64,000 nt of DNA from Balanoglossus misakiensis. Lineage: Eukaryota > Animalia > Hemichordata. The number at the start of each line of letters is the position of its first letter. The stretch's first letter is position 1. Location of the stretch: positions 1,042,613-1,106,612 of the forward strand of contig CM082588.2 of assembly GCA_040954595.2 (NCBI GenBank), written 5' to 3'. The translations under genes and the position numbers were made by a program. Below, piece by piece: positions 14,365-27,300 of this stretch. The notes beneath the pieces were generated by a model. It was not told the origin of the DNA, searched no databases, and saw only the letters and a list, made by a program, of their open reading frames with translations.

Positions 14365-17300
14365 CTAGAAATTGATTGTTTCCTTTAGCTGTTATCATTT
14401 AAATTGAAAAGATTGTAGTCTGGTGGGTAAAGTGAACTTTTTCACATCTTAAAATGTAGAACTGTGTGGTTTATTTACTTTAAAATTGACAACTTATATA
14501 TAGTATAAACAGGCATTTTTGATAACTATTCTCAGAGCAGAATTTATGGTTATTGGTACAGTACAAGGTCACTGTATGATGTGTTGTTTGTACCTGTATG
14601 GGATGGAGCAGGATTGAGTTTATGGGGAAGTAGGACAGTTCATTGGGGTGAATGGTTTGACAGTGTTGCGTTGAAAGGTCGTGTGTGTCGATTGATATGG
14701 GCCAAGGACGGTGGCAGAAACTTCTACCTCAAATTCTGTGAAATAGTAGTCAATTTGTGTGAAAACAGACCCCATTAGGCGAGGCTTTGCAGTATATAAT
14801 GCCCAGATTCTGACATGATTAATCGCTATTTTTAAGACTAGCCGGGTTTGAATTGTAGGCTTTAAGTAGACATGAGAGCGAGGAGAGTTGAGCGTGTGAG
14901 CAACAAACCAGCCTGTCAAGGTCATATCGACAGACTGAATTGTCGCTGTGCCATGGACACTGTCTGTATTCTAATGCATTCTCTGCCCATACTGATGATA
15001 TGACTGTGTTCACCAAGTTGATTCGTGACGCATGTCGTGTGTATGACCAAAATTTATATTCCAGATTATATGAATGAATATTGGTGACATTTAAATGAAT
15101 ACATTATATCTCTGTTACTTGCAAATATTGATGTTTTGTGGAGGAAATTATCTGTGTGATAACGTTCAGACTAAAATATGATATTTTGTGTGTAGGGTTA
15201 GCATGAACAAAGCAAGACAAGAGAAGTGCTCTGGCTTCTGACTGAAAATTCAGTGTTGCACATACATGTATAACAAGCAAGGAAATGCCCAGCATTTCAG
15301 TATATCTTGCAAAATCATTACTTATATCAAGAAAAAAAGAACTTCACACGATAGTCACATAGATGCAGCCAAGTTCAAGTGCACTTTCTCACCCTGAAGT
15401 GTAGCATTGACATGCTAAGCCACAGTGAGGCCTTGATACGACCATGAATGTTTAAGGTCTAATACACCTAGTTCAAGTTCAAGGCAGGAGTCCCTTTTAA
15501 TTAGAGACGCATGGTTCCGATCATGTAGGTTCATTCATTCATTCATTCATTCATTCATTCATTCATTCATTCACTCAGTCACTCACTCACTCACTCACTC
15601 ACTCACTCACTCACTCACTCACTCACCCATTCATTCATCCATTCACCAATTCATCCATTCATTTATTCATTGTTTGATTTATAATGTAACAGCGGGAGGA
15701 ATGACTTACCAAACTATTGTTGCCACTCCTCACCCATGACCCGACCTTGTCATCTGACAGAAAGGCAGACATGCAAATGAATATGTTCCAAATTCTCATC
15801 ACTTCAAAATAGCTAAAAATATCTCTTTATTAAAGAAAATCAGAGAATAAAAGCATCACATGTACTTGAAACCATCTTTAGCAATTGACTAGTGATTATG
15901 AGGTGTGCTTTTCCCTACAGTGGTTGCTAGATTATCAAGTTTACTTAACCATAGTGGTAGCTAGACACTGACCAATCATTACCAAGTTTACTTAACCATA
16001 GAGGTTGTAAGCCACTAACCAATTCCAGTGTAACTTAAACATGCTAGTTACTTTACCAACCATATTACTTGAACTGTGTGGTTGCCTTGCAAACAGTCCA
16101 AAGTTTGTACTTTAATTCCCAGTCAGGGTGGTGATATCTACAGGTTATCAAATATTTATTGTTGCTAAGTTTGTAGGGAATGGATATAAATACTGCCAGC
16201 ATAGATCTGCATTCAGTCACGCACCTCCCAATCATTATTTTTATTCATAAGTAACATCTTTGTCACTGAAAACCAGTACAAGGCCATTTGGAGTTAGTTT
16301 CCATAGTGATTCTCTTGGCCCTGACCTAAATTGTACGTTTGCCATGAGCTCACTTGTCACTGGCCTTCACTGTCCTGCTCAGGTCAGGCTAACTGTATCA
16401 GCAGGCAAGTTCAAGGTGATCAGTGCCTTTTGCTTGAATTCTTTGTTCAACTGCACACAGCAGAGACATTTTTAAATTCCTTTGTTATATTACACATTTC
16501 TCTTGTTTTAAGATCATCTCAAATTCACATGTAAATTGTCCTTACATCTTTTCATTACATTCTCTAAGTGATCGCTTCAAATAATGGGGAAATTCAAGTA
16601 GCTTAGAAGATTCTTCAACAAAAGACAATTGTATTGTCAACTTTCTGTTGATTGTTACATCAAATACATCAAATTGCACATTACAGGCACCAGCCAGACA
16701 GCCAGGCAACACATTCCATGCAGAAAATATAATCCTTTCAAAATAATTTCTGTTTAAATATAGACGAGTCATTTCAATTCATGGCAGCTGTGTCACCCTG
16801 CGTTCATGTTAATTGACAGCCAGTCTATTGCAGGGGTGTAGTTAAATACAAATGTCTGTAATTAAATGCATGAAAGTTCAAAATGGGGCCATGGAGATTA
16901 TTTCTAAAAGTAGATTTTTGAACAACGAAATGCATAAAAAAAATGGAGAGATGTCTGTTCTTGTGCAGCAGTTGTCTGACACAAGAGTACTATGGTCAAA
17001 GTTTAGTTGGACCCACAAAACTTGACATTGGTAATTTGGTTTGATACAAGGCACATGAATCTAAAACTACTGTAGTAGATGAGGGGAAAAGACACTGTTC
17101 ACCCTCACATCATTACCAGGGACATTTCATGTAATTGTACTTGGCAAAGCATGATGGGTAAAATCCTCCTTGACCTGAAATTGTAATTGTCTCATTTTCC
17201 CTCATGATCATCCCAAAATTGCCACATCCAAATTTCAAATTGTCTCCAAACTTGCAGCAAAAAGAACACAACTTTTCCTGGAAAATGTGTTCTATAAAAT

Positions 17301-17489
17301 CCTAATGTGGACACATTTATCTCTGTTTATCCAGGTGATGGCACATGTTATTCCATGAACCTGGAGAGTAACCATACGGAAGAGTATACTGGGTCTGACT
17401 GTGATCCTATCTACAGAATATCGGCTCATGGAAAGTCTCTATATACAGCTTGTAGAGACAAGCATATCAGAAAATATGCTATGAGTTAA
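8478..17489 (+). CDS. PAAF1: Proteasomal ATPase-associated factor 1 (WD40 protein, Rpn14 homologue)
   Basis: 11 exons: 8478-8524, 8869-8909, 9188-9291, 9478-9567, 9671-9772, 10112-10262, 10618-10812, 10919-11010, 11164-11279, 11425-11507, 17335-17489. The spliced protein (MAARMIIQCDWDDALR...LKGHVGDVNCCSFFPSGIVVVSGGSDMQVKIWS...DTAIIDRGRNIVSCSRDGTAKLWDCG...EREIGTEGKILLLAREDG...TGSDCDPIY...YTACRD) follows human PAAF1 end to end as I recall it. Confidence 0.95.
9041..9165. repeat. Compound (CTG)n(ATG)n(GTG)n microsatellite in PAAF1 intron 2
   Basis: Directly visible; it produces the poly-H/Q and poly-I ORFs on the minus strand. Confidence 0.95.
10274..10307. repeat. Poly-G tract (about 34 nt) just downstream of the PAAF1 exon 6 donor
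   Basis: Directly visible. Confidence 0.95.
10327..10510. mobile_element. Non-autonomous DNA transposon (MITE), Kolobok-like
   Basis: TIRs AGGTATACAGTCACCT ... AGGTGACCGTATACCT (1 mismatch), flanked by ttaa and ttag. A related fragment lies at 44381-44474. Confidence 0.75.
14276..14361. repeat. (CAT)n microsatellite
   Basis: Pure CAT run of about 28 units. Confidence 0.97.
15529..15670. repeat. (TTCA)n/(CTCA)n tetranucleotide microsatellite
   Basis: Directly visible. Confidence 0.95.
15918..16060. repeat. Degenerate ~47-bp minisatellite (2-3 copies)
   Basis: caagtttacttaaccatag occurs at 15936 and 15983, followed by similar ...cactRaccaat. Confidence 0.7.
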
Positions 17490-18897
17490 ATATGAGCTAC
17501 ATGTATGATTCGTGGATGGGATGTCATTATTGATAAATAGCTTGATGTTGCGTGCGAAATTTACCCTGACTGAGTTTGCTCTGTAGCACCCTGACCTCAA
17601 ATCGAAGTCATCGTGACCTTGAACTTCCACAGTGCAAAGATTTCTGTCACCTTATATTCCATTAGGACAAAAGTACAGTCCCTCGAGCTCTTTCACACGG
17701 ATGGTGACAAAAGCAATGAGGAGGAGGAGTCAAATAGAATAATCTTTCCTCACTCTTAGTTGAGTATTGCACGTATATGTACAAGTTTTCTCCAAGTGGT
17801 ATGACTTCTGAAAAAATCCACACGAATTTTGTCGATATGAGTTTTAGAAATCCACATACTGATTGTCATAAAGCTATATGGAAAGATTTCTTTCATTTAG
17901 CAGAAGATGAATTTCTTATTTTCGAATATTTTTTTCAGAAAAAAGCTTAGTTTATTGTTATTGATCTTAGTGAATAATTGTTCTATTTAATAAAGATTCA
18001 TAGGGCAAAGTTGCCCTTGTTGGCATTATTTTGGTGATTTCTATTTCATGTTCAAAGTTGTTTATGTTATTCTGCTAGCATACTGCCCGCACACTCATGG
18101 TAATCTGACAGATAGATGCACTGATGACATGATTTTGATATGTGATGTCATGTCTAGTTACATAATAGAAAATTCACATGTACCAGTATATTTCAGTTGG
18201 GAACATTTACTTCAAAATAACAAAATATTAGTATTACCAGAAAAGAGCACCTTCTGTCCCAGGATGGAATGATTGTCTGGTTGAATCAATAAATTTATTG
18301 ACTGGAAGTGTTGATGGTCAGTTTTCATCGGGAATGCTGCAGGCGACTATTCAAGACAATGGCATTTATAAAAATACAAGTACTTGGAATCAACAAACTG
18401 AAATAGCAACCGGATCTGTGAACATTCAAGTGAGAGGAATGCTGGACTTTCTATGACAGATGGTTTGCATTCACTCTCACTGTCTATGAATGATTTCCAA
18501 TACATGAGTCGGGGCCTTAGTTACTTCATTTAAATCTTTCTGTTGATGACAATCCAGGCAATATATTGAACTTTTATTTAGTAAACTGATCTATCTCATG
18601 TTACAGAGGCTGCTCGCTTGCTCTAAACATTCAGCAACTTGAAAGGTTTCAATACTGTTCTTTTTCCATATAGACCACATTAATCAATTCCTTGAGGACA
18701 ATATCATTTTGAGAGCATGATATTTCTGATAGCATTGGTTTACCTTCTGCCAAAATGTTGAAATCTTCCTCGAAATCCCCAAAAACTTAAACAGTCTTGG
18801 AGTGACAAACTTTCTTCCATTGTTCACTCCATCATCCACATAGCATCTTCTGAAACAGCCTTTCTCTTCCAGAAAGTAATTAGGCTGTTAACTTACA

Positions 18898-19008
18898 AAA
18901 GCCACCCGCACCCAGGGTATGACCTTTCAAGGTCAAGTTCAACTGCTAATATCTCCAGAAAAGCCACCATAGTACCCGGGGTATGACCTTTCAAGGGCAA
19001 GTTCAACT
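18898..19008. promoter_or_regulatory. Tandemly duplicated (64-bp period) composite nuclear-receptor element upstream of NR0B
   Basis: TGACCT-ttca-AGGTCA-AGTTCA at 18920-18941 and TGACCT-ttca-AGGGCA-AGTTCA at 18984-19005. Confidence 0.55.
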
Positions 19009-21302
19009 ATCACCAGAGGTCAGAAAAAGTTGCTGAATTTAATTTTAGAAATCTTTGTGTAATAAACCCTTCCAACAAATCTCCCCGGTGCAGGACCTGA
19101 AACATGTATACCAATTTTGTACAGGTTTGTGTCACCAAAGATGTCACATAGCTGTTACCATGGCAGTGGCTGATGCGTAGGTCTCTATTCAGTGCTGTGG
19201 ACACAGACATGTGAATGAGGACTAATTTTCAGTGTAAGCGCAAATATTGCTTATGAAAATTAGGACATTTTCGTCAAATATTCACATCTGAAATCTTGTG
19301 AATTTTCGAGGCCCTCACACCCTGCTTATCCCTGATTTCACAGGCGTTTCGTTAACTGGCAATTTTGTATACCAGTGGTAGGTGTAATAAATCTCGAAAA
19401 CAAAAACTTGTACCCGATATCAGCTGTAAAATAGATAGAGGACCACCAGGGGGGGGGGGGTGGGGTGGGGGGTGGTCCCATAGAAACACCATGCGTTTAC
19501 GTATGTGCCGCCCGACTGCACTACCCTGGATGATGGGTCCGCTTTTCATAGAAGTGGGGGAAGTGAATAGGTCTCAGGTTTTAGAAGTTGGTCACGCTTT
19601 AATTATATAACCCTGTTTTTCTTTATTCGCACGAAATCGTACAGCCTGAGATTTAAAAGCGGGTGGGTAGTTAAACTCAAGAGTTTTGTTTGAAAGCGGG
19701 TTGAGTTTCAGTCGGAGGAGTTGGACATCCCTTCCCTGACTGTATTCTTTCTATTGCACCTGAAGACTTTCACATCACTAACACAAAAGTTGGCCAGAAA
19801 GTTGCTTTATTAACTTCACATTACTTTTCAAGGCCCAAACACAGAAGTATGCTGGATTATCTGCCTGGAAAAAGTTAACTTTGCACGGTGGAGTCCCTCT
19901 ATTTCCTCACAAATACAACACATCTTTAAAAACCAAAATCTTCCACGTTCAATTCGTGGGGGATCAATTAATACTGTATGCTTGATTCCGTGTGTGAATA
20001 GAAATAATTATTGTTTTGTCATGGTCGATGTTTGCGCTTTACGACTTATTTCGACGTATTGTTTCGACATCAATGCCTTTTTCTCTCTCCTTTTTGTCTC
20101 CTGTCAACTTTTGATGACGCTAATCACATGTAAATTGGTTTCTAGTCAATAGGAGCATGCGCAAGCACTGAAGGACCTTCATTCACCAATATTATCTCAC
20201 TACTCTGGTAATTCATTTTCCAGGGCACTGCGCCGCGCTCCAAATTCATACAGCCTCTAGCCAATCAGTATCACCCAAGTGTGATTAACATAAAATATCG
20301 ACCAATGGAAATGACAGCTAATTTTAGCATGTACTGACTGAACTTTTCACCTGTAAAGAAGTATGTCGCTGTCATCATCATAGTCGGGTAAATGTCCATG
20401 TGATCGCTCGCGCTTTTTGCCCAGCTCTGCATACGTACTGCACACAGCCCTGCGGTTATCCGTGGCAGAGTTTCCACAAGCCGGCGTGTGAGTAGACTTG
20501 TCAGTTTCAAGCCAACATACAGGTGATTACGGCACCAGTCTAGTCTCTACTTCGTTCCAGACCTCGTTTTTTTTCCCGGGAAGGGTTTTTAAGAGGTAAT
20601 TCTAATTTGTCTGTTTAATTTGCTGTCGACTCACGTTCGGTTCAGTTCTCGCTTGTTATTGCTTGAGTTATCCAACATTACTTCACGATGGTCAGTGTTT
20701 CGGAGCGGGCGCCCAGAATTATTCCATGCAGAATCAAGTTTTCGTTAACTCTTTGGCAATTATTTTTGTTGGAAGTTCTCTCGCAGAATATTCCGTCAGA
20801 TATTTTTGTTTTAGATTTTACAATTAAAAATGTATATGTTGTTTTGTTTGGACGTAGCATATAAACAAATAACGGTGCAGTTTCTGGTGCGTCGGCGCGT
20901 GTGAGTCAGCAACGGACACAGGCTCAAGGCCGGCCACCAATCACGCAAACTTGTTGGTTTCAACCGGCTGAAATCGACATACGCGACCGAGTCTGCTTGC
21001 GCAGCTACGCGGCGTTCGTGTTCGACGTTCACCGGTAAAAGTAGACTTCGTACCGCACCGTTAATGAGTACACGTACGTACTGTCCAGTGGCTGGGGACG
21101 GACACAAGTGTGTTACTTTATCAATGGTTTGAACTATCAACATAGTTTGGAAACCGCAAATTCAATAAGCCACCACATAGGTCCTCAAAGCGGTTTACGC
21201 ACATTCTTCGACGGGATTGTATTACTTGACCAAAGCCTATTCTGGGCGTGCATTTTTAACTCGAGCAATTTGTCTCCTTTTCTTAAATAGAACTGCAGTG
21301 TG

Positions 21303-24300
21303 ATGGATGAACACGAAGATCAGTCCTGTCAATGCCCGAACAATGAGAAACAACCTGAGCACAGTATACTCTACAGCCTCCTTGCAAGTCCAACATCAGC
21401 AGTAACCATGGAAACTAACAGCATCGTCCCAGCAGCTGAGAATCCAACATCTCGAAGTGGATTGCAATATAGTCATTTTTCTTCTCATCATCACAACCAT
21501 CATCACCACCACCATCATCATCGTCGTCACCATCACCACCATCACCACTGTCATCTTCATCGTTACCAAGCAGCTGCTGAAGTTTCTGTGAAACCACCGG
21601 ATATAGTGGGACAACAGGAGGCTGCTCAACTTCTCTTAAAGTCAATGGACTTCATCAAAAATCTGCCTGCTTTCTGGGACTTGAACAGGGAAGATCGTCT
21701 GCCCCTGTTTCTCAATAGTTGGTCGGAGTTACTGATTCTTAAGATGGCTCAAAACAAATTCAAATTTGAAACCGAAGAACAAACATTGGAACAATCTCAG
21801 GAGACCGTTGCGGCCAAGGTTCACAAGCCTCAGCAAAGTATACCACTTTTGTCCGACATCAAGAAAATCCAGAGTTTTATACGACGATGTCAATTGCTGC
21901 AGCTGGATGATAAAGAATATGCATATATTCAAGCTATCATATATCTCAACCCAGGTAAGTCCTCTCCTTGTATAATACTGGGTACTCTCTATAAAGATTT
22001 GTCGTCAATTTCAAAGTTGTTCTTGCATTGTGGTAATGAATTGTATGTGGGTCAGTCCAGCAAGGTACTTAAGTGCATGAAGTGTGAAAAATAGTTGGAA
22101 AGACAGTTCCTGGTTGTCATGAATTTGTAGCCTCTGATGAGGGTTATCGAACAATGTACATTGTCATTGCCGTGACTAGCGAATGGGTCTTGTCAACTAC
22201 TTTTTCACACGTCATGTGTCTTTCCTTGCAAGACGAAATTGTGTTTTGGTAGCAGTTTCAGTGACTCCAATCTTTTTTTAATATCCACTAAATTTTATCA
22301 CGTGTAAAGGGAACATTAAATCTTGAAGTTTATGGCAACTTTAGTGGTGGTGAATTGTCAGCATACCAGTTTCAGAGATAACGTACTGGTAGAATGATTT
22401 TGGCGGTGCCGTAGTTTATTTCGGTTAAGAAGAACACATCTTTGTCTGGGAGATCTGCTTCCATATTTTATTAAATGTCAAACTGTTGTCATGGAACCTT
22501 TTGTTGCCAGTGACGTCATTCTAACTTTATACTTCCATATAAGGAAAATCTGACCTCCTTGTTGGGGTCAGGTGAGAAAAACCAATAGAGCAGACTACAA
22601 ATCTGCCGTTTTATCAGTTTTTGACCAAATAATAAGAATTTTAACATGGCTATTCCCCAATACCTGTCATCATAATGTTTACAAATAATTAGACTGAGAT
22701 GTAACTCTACCATGAAAATGATACAACATCATAATCAATATTTCAAAAATTTGACTTGGTTTTTATTATCAACTTTTCAAAACTTACCAAAGTACACTTA
22801 CTTTGTAAAGATGTGATGATAGTGCAGGGAAGGTCTGATCTAAAAATAGTTGAATAAACAGAGCAAAAACATTAACCCTTGTTCTGTTTGAAACATACAT
22901 TAAATTTGATCCAGATAATTAATAATACAATAATCATGTCAAATTGAACTGAGTTGTGAACATTAATAATTTTTAACTGACATTTCAAAATGTTCACATT
23001 GTCTAGTTTCTTTTAAATACTCCTCTGAATAAAGTTACATTAGATAATGTGATCTCAACATATTTTCTCATATGTTTTTTAAGGGTAATTATCTAATTTA
23101 GTAATAGTCATTATTTCCTTAGCATTATTTAAGTTAACTGTCTGAGCATAGCAGAACATAGACAAATGCGGAATTCTAAGCGAGCTGAACCGGCCACCCC
23201 TTCACTAAAATGATACGTTCCATGTCTGGTGCATAAATATCTGGCTCCCTTCCACAAAGTATATACACGAATTCAAGGCCGTTCAGCTATACTTTGAAAA
23301 TGAGGACACGACACACGCTACTTCCCTCTGACCTGAACGCAAACACCACTCCTTATTTCTGCCTCTGTTCTAATTTCTGGCCGAGCTCCACATGTTTTTG
23401 CGGTGTGTACAAACGGATGTTGGGCAGACACGACTCAGTAATCAGTATTTCCTGAATACAAGGCAAAAATCAAGCAGTGGTATTCACGGGTCATCGTGAC
23501 CTTGGCATTGACCTTGTTCCTTGATTCATTAGTTTTGCTGACATTGGGATGGAATTAGTGCTGGTATAGATTTGATAAAAAATCGAATACTAAAACCGAA
23601 TGGGGTTATTTTATGTTGTACGGTCATGGATTGTACGCTTTGAGGCCAAGGTCAGAATAGTGCAGTGTTCAATGTAAGGATGTCAAACCATAGAAACGCT
23701 CTATGTCATTCAGTGCTGTCCAATCATAGCCCTCTATACTTATCAGTTATTCTCAAATGTTGGATCATTTCTTTTTGTGTTGTGACCGATTTGTTTCTCC
23801 GAAACCCAGTTTCGTATTTGAATAATATGTGGACACAGGAGACAGGATGCTGTAAAAATAACACAAATTGCGGAGGATAAGTACAAAGTGGTGAATGATC
23901 GTCAGAATTAATTAACAGTCCAGCCTCCGCTCATGTAGGGTTGAGTTGAGAGGTTCAAGGAAAAGAACATTAGCATAGTCTACCCCCATTGACTGGTACG
24001 GTCACCATGACGTCGGTTACCATGACGTCATCGCCGCAATTCAGAGTCCGGGCCGGGTCTGTTCTTCATAGCTTATGCTAAATTCAGATATGTCCTTCTA
24101 TAAAATTAGACAAAAAAATATAATTCGGTTTTCATTAATATATGGCAACAAGTATTGATATCAGTCAACATAGGTGAAGAGGTTCTTCATACCATGTACT
24201 GGGCAAGGAACTAGAAATGCCCGCTTTGAGTCACAACTGGTAGAATGAAAGACTACTTGAAACACTGCAAAATCAGACAGGGAAACATGCTGCCTGAAAG

Positions 24301-27300
24301 CAAACAAAGAAACAGTAACGGAACAAATCATATATCAAGTGAAAATCCCCAATCCCAAATTCTCAACTTTTGGTAACATTTTACAGTGTTTTATCAATCG
24401 ATTTATTGTCTGGTCTGCTGGTAGTTGTCCTTCGTGTGGTGGCCATGGCCCTCAACCGACAACTACTGGTGGTCACCACATTTATATTCCGTGCACATAT
24501 TCCAAGCAGTAACAGTGAGTTCAAGAACACTCACCTCAAGGATAGACAGACTGCACTTATAGTGTGCGATTCTGTAAAGGTACATCATAAACTCAAAAAA
24601 AGCATTTGTTAACTCTTAAAAATACGATATCACATCACAAAGATTTCTTTTCAGATCTGTTTCTCATCCTGTGAGTTAACATGTCAGGATTACGAACATA
24701 TATGATTGTGCGTCCAATTGATGATACCCTTGACATGGGAAGATTTCACCTTCAACGGACATTGATCTTTATAAGGTGACCCCGACCTGACGTAGCCTTT
24801 TACATTTAGCAAATGATTCAAGATTGATAAAGCAGCAGGATTTTTCATTGTCATACTGGCACAGTTACAGTCTATAATCCTGCTTTGGAGGAAAGTGTAT
24901 GTTTTTACCCTTGTGATTAAAACTTCTTTTGATGGTCATGGTTAGATAATAGGTGTATGATCAATTAATTTCTCTGATGATAAGTTTCTCTCATATTTTA
25001 AATGTAGGGTACATATCAAGTTTGTTTGATGAAAATTACCCAATGTTGTATCAGACATTACTTGGGAGAACATTGATGGATGACAGTGACATGTCCAAAA
25101 AAGTTCATTTTGTTAGCAGCTGTTAACAACAAACATAAACAGCCATTTGCACATAAAAGCAAGCAGATGCATACTGTGTTCAGGTCAAGGTGTTCTGGTT
25201 GGTTTTGTCTCTGAGTTGTTACCAAGGTAACAACTAGTTCATTGAAACGTGACAGCATCTTTAGTTTTCGTATATATTTAACGCTACACACACCTGTACA
25301 ATATGTAGATAGTTCTATTATCCTAAAATTGCCTACAGCATATTGACACCAGTATACCACATTTCATTATCTTTCCAGAACCATTTCATACAAAATTTAA
25401 TTCAGGGTTATATCGAATATATTTGTATATAATCTGCTGGTTCTATATAAGGTCAGTTTGCATGAGACTCCACCTGTACATGGGCTGTTTGCGGATTTGC
25501 ATTTAAAATAGGCTTGGCTGGGTTAGAGGGGGTGGTACATGTAGAACGGATTGGTAGCAAATTTCTGTTCAAGGCCAGTCATATAGACAAAGCTCCAACA
25601 ATAAAAGTACAGATCGCAGCACACACTATTTGACCAAACGGCGCAGATGATGATTGCACATAATGGCCGAAAAATACTCAGCATTGTAAACATTCAGTCC
25701 ACAAAAAGTCTGCTTTATGCAAGTCAGTGGAAAAGAAATCCAATTTACTGGTATTAATTCATTCTGATTTATATTTTGTTTCATGAGGTGATTTCGACCA
25801 CATATACATATTACCCAGTCCTACCCGTCTGTAAAATGGTGCGTGCCATTCTTCCAAGGTCATCTCAGTTCAGACTGGGGACATGGACTGTCTCTGCCTC
25901 AAATTAAAATCCCCATGATTCATAGTCGAGAAAGGTGCCAGATTTTACGACTTCGCATTGAAACCCTCAGTGTCTTTGTAAATGACCAAGGACATTGCTT
26001 TCATTCGCCAAGCTGCAGTAAAATGCCAAGCTGCAGTGAAATATGCTGATTAATGTCTTGTAATGCAGACATTGCAACAAAGAGATGTGAAGCATATCTT
26101 TGCCAGAGGTTTTTGCAACTTAACAAAAACTCTCCTTGCACATATTAATTCTTACAGCAATTTCAAGATCAGCTTTTCACAAGATGGAGGTTGTGTCTGA
26201 TATTAGCATAATAATGCCAAGAACACTTCAGTGATAGATGGGCAGACTGATAGGTTGTGTTCTTGAACTCCGCTTTGCTTTTCATCTTTTTATTTTACTC
26301 TTAAACACAGTGGTGTGTTGTCCTGCAACAAGGGCTTTGGTCTTTCATTGTTCAAATATCTATCAGCCATAGTCACCCTGTCAGCGTTGACAGTATCAGG
26401 GTTATCCGGTCATGGCAGCGCATGCGCTTGTTGAAGGTCACAGGGTCAAGGAAAAACCTACGGCTTGCAATGGATAAACACCAAAGTGGGGCATCCGAAT
26501 TCCCAAGGACACAACTCAGAGGTTTTTTATTCAGACGAGTACTTTATTAAATAAATCAAAATTGTTGAATATTTGCTGCAAGTTGTCTAGCTGGCCAGTT
26601 ATAATTTTTAGGGATTTGTCTCACTAGAATGTGACAGATATGTGATAATATCCATTCAACAAATAACTTACATGATCATTTGTGTGCCCTGATAACCTGT
26701 GTTCTGTATACTTGCTTAATGTCTATGACTTTCTGGGTAGAGAATTTTAGCCTGGATGTGCCACAGAACAATTGGTACTGGTAAAAACAATTCAAAAATG
26801 GACAAGTCTGGTAACAGTTAAATGACCAAATCACTGCTTTGGAAACTTGTGTACATAAAAATCTGATGAGCGCCCCCTTGTGGTCATACATTTGGTTGCT
26901 GATTACCCATGATCAGTTTTATACTTTAGTCATACATTTATTCAAACAGATAATGTTGTAGACTCTCAACTTTCAATGGACTTTAATTATTTAAATGGTG
27001 TTAAAGGGTTGGGAAGTAATGAAGTGCATTTTAACTTCCGGGCCTAATAAATTTTAATATTCATCCTTTCTATTAAAAGGAAGTACAAAGTTCATTTGGT
27101 AGGGTTTATAGATTTTGTTGAGGATAATTCTTATGTTAATGTTGGGTAATTTGAGTTGGCGTAGACAGTAAATCACCTTAAAACAGTAAAGTTCAGTCCA
27201 GTTGTATTTTTCCTGCAGATAAGTTGTTGATGCCATGATGTGTCTGGCACTGTTTGGTTCAAGGACAGGTCTGGCGGCCGTCGTATATCCTCGACTGGGT

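Noticed and set aside
18690-18885. Minus-strand frame containing YVDD (reverse-transcriptase-like)
   Set aside because: No other RT motifs, the residues after YVDD (GVNN) do not fit, and the frame is short.
19435-19740. GC-rich segment with a G-tract and a ggaccacc/ggtggtcc dyad
   Set aside because: Probably an interspersed repeat fragment, but I could not define both ends or a second copy.
21955-22094. Read-through C-terminus of the 264-aa ORF (GKSSPC...CMKCEK)
   Set aside because: LBD similarity stops at a perfect GTAAGT donor and resumes at 30060; the extension is intronic unless intron retention is shown.
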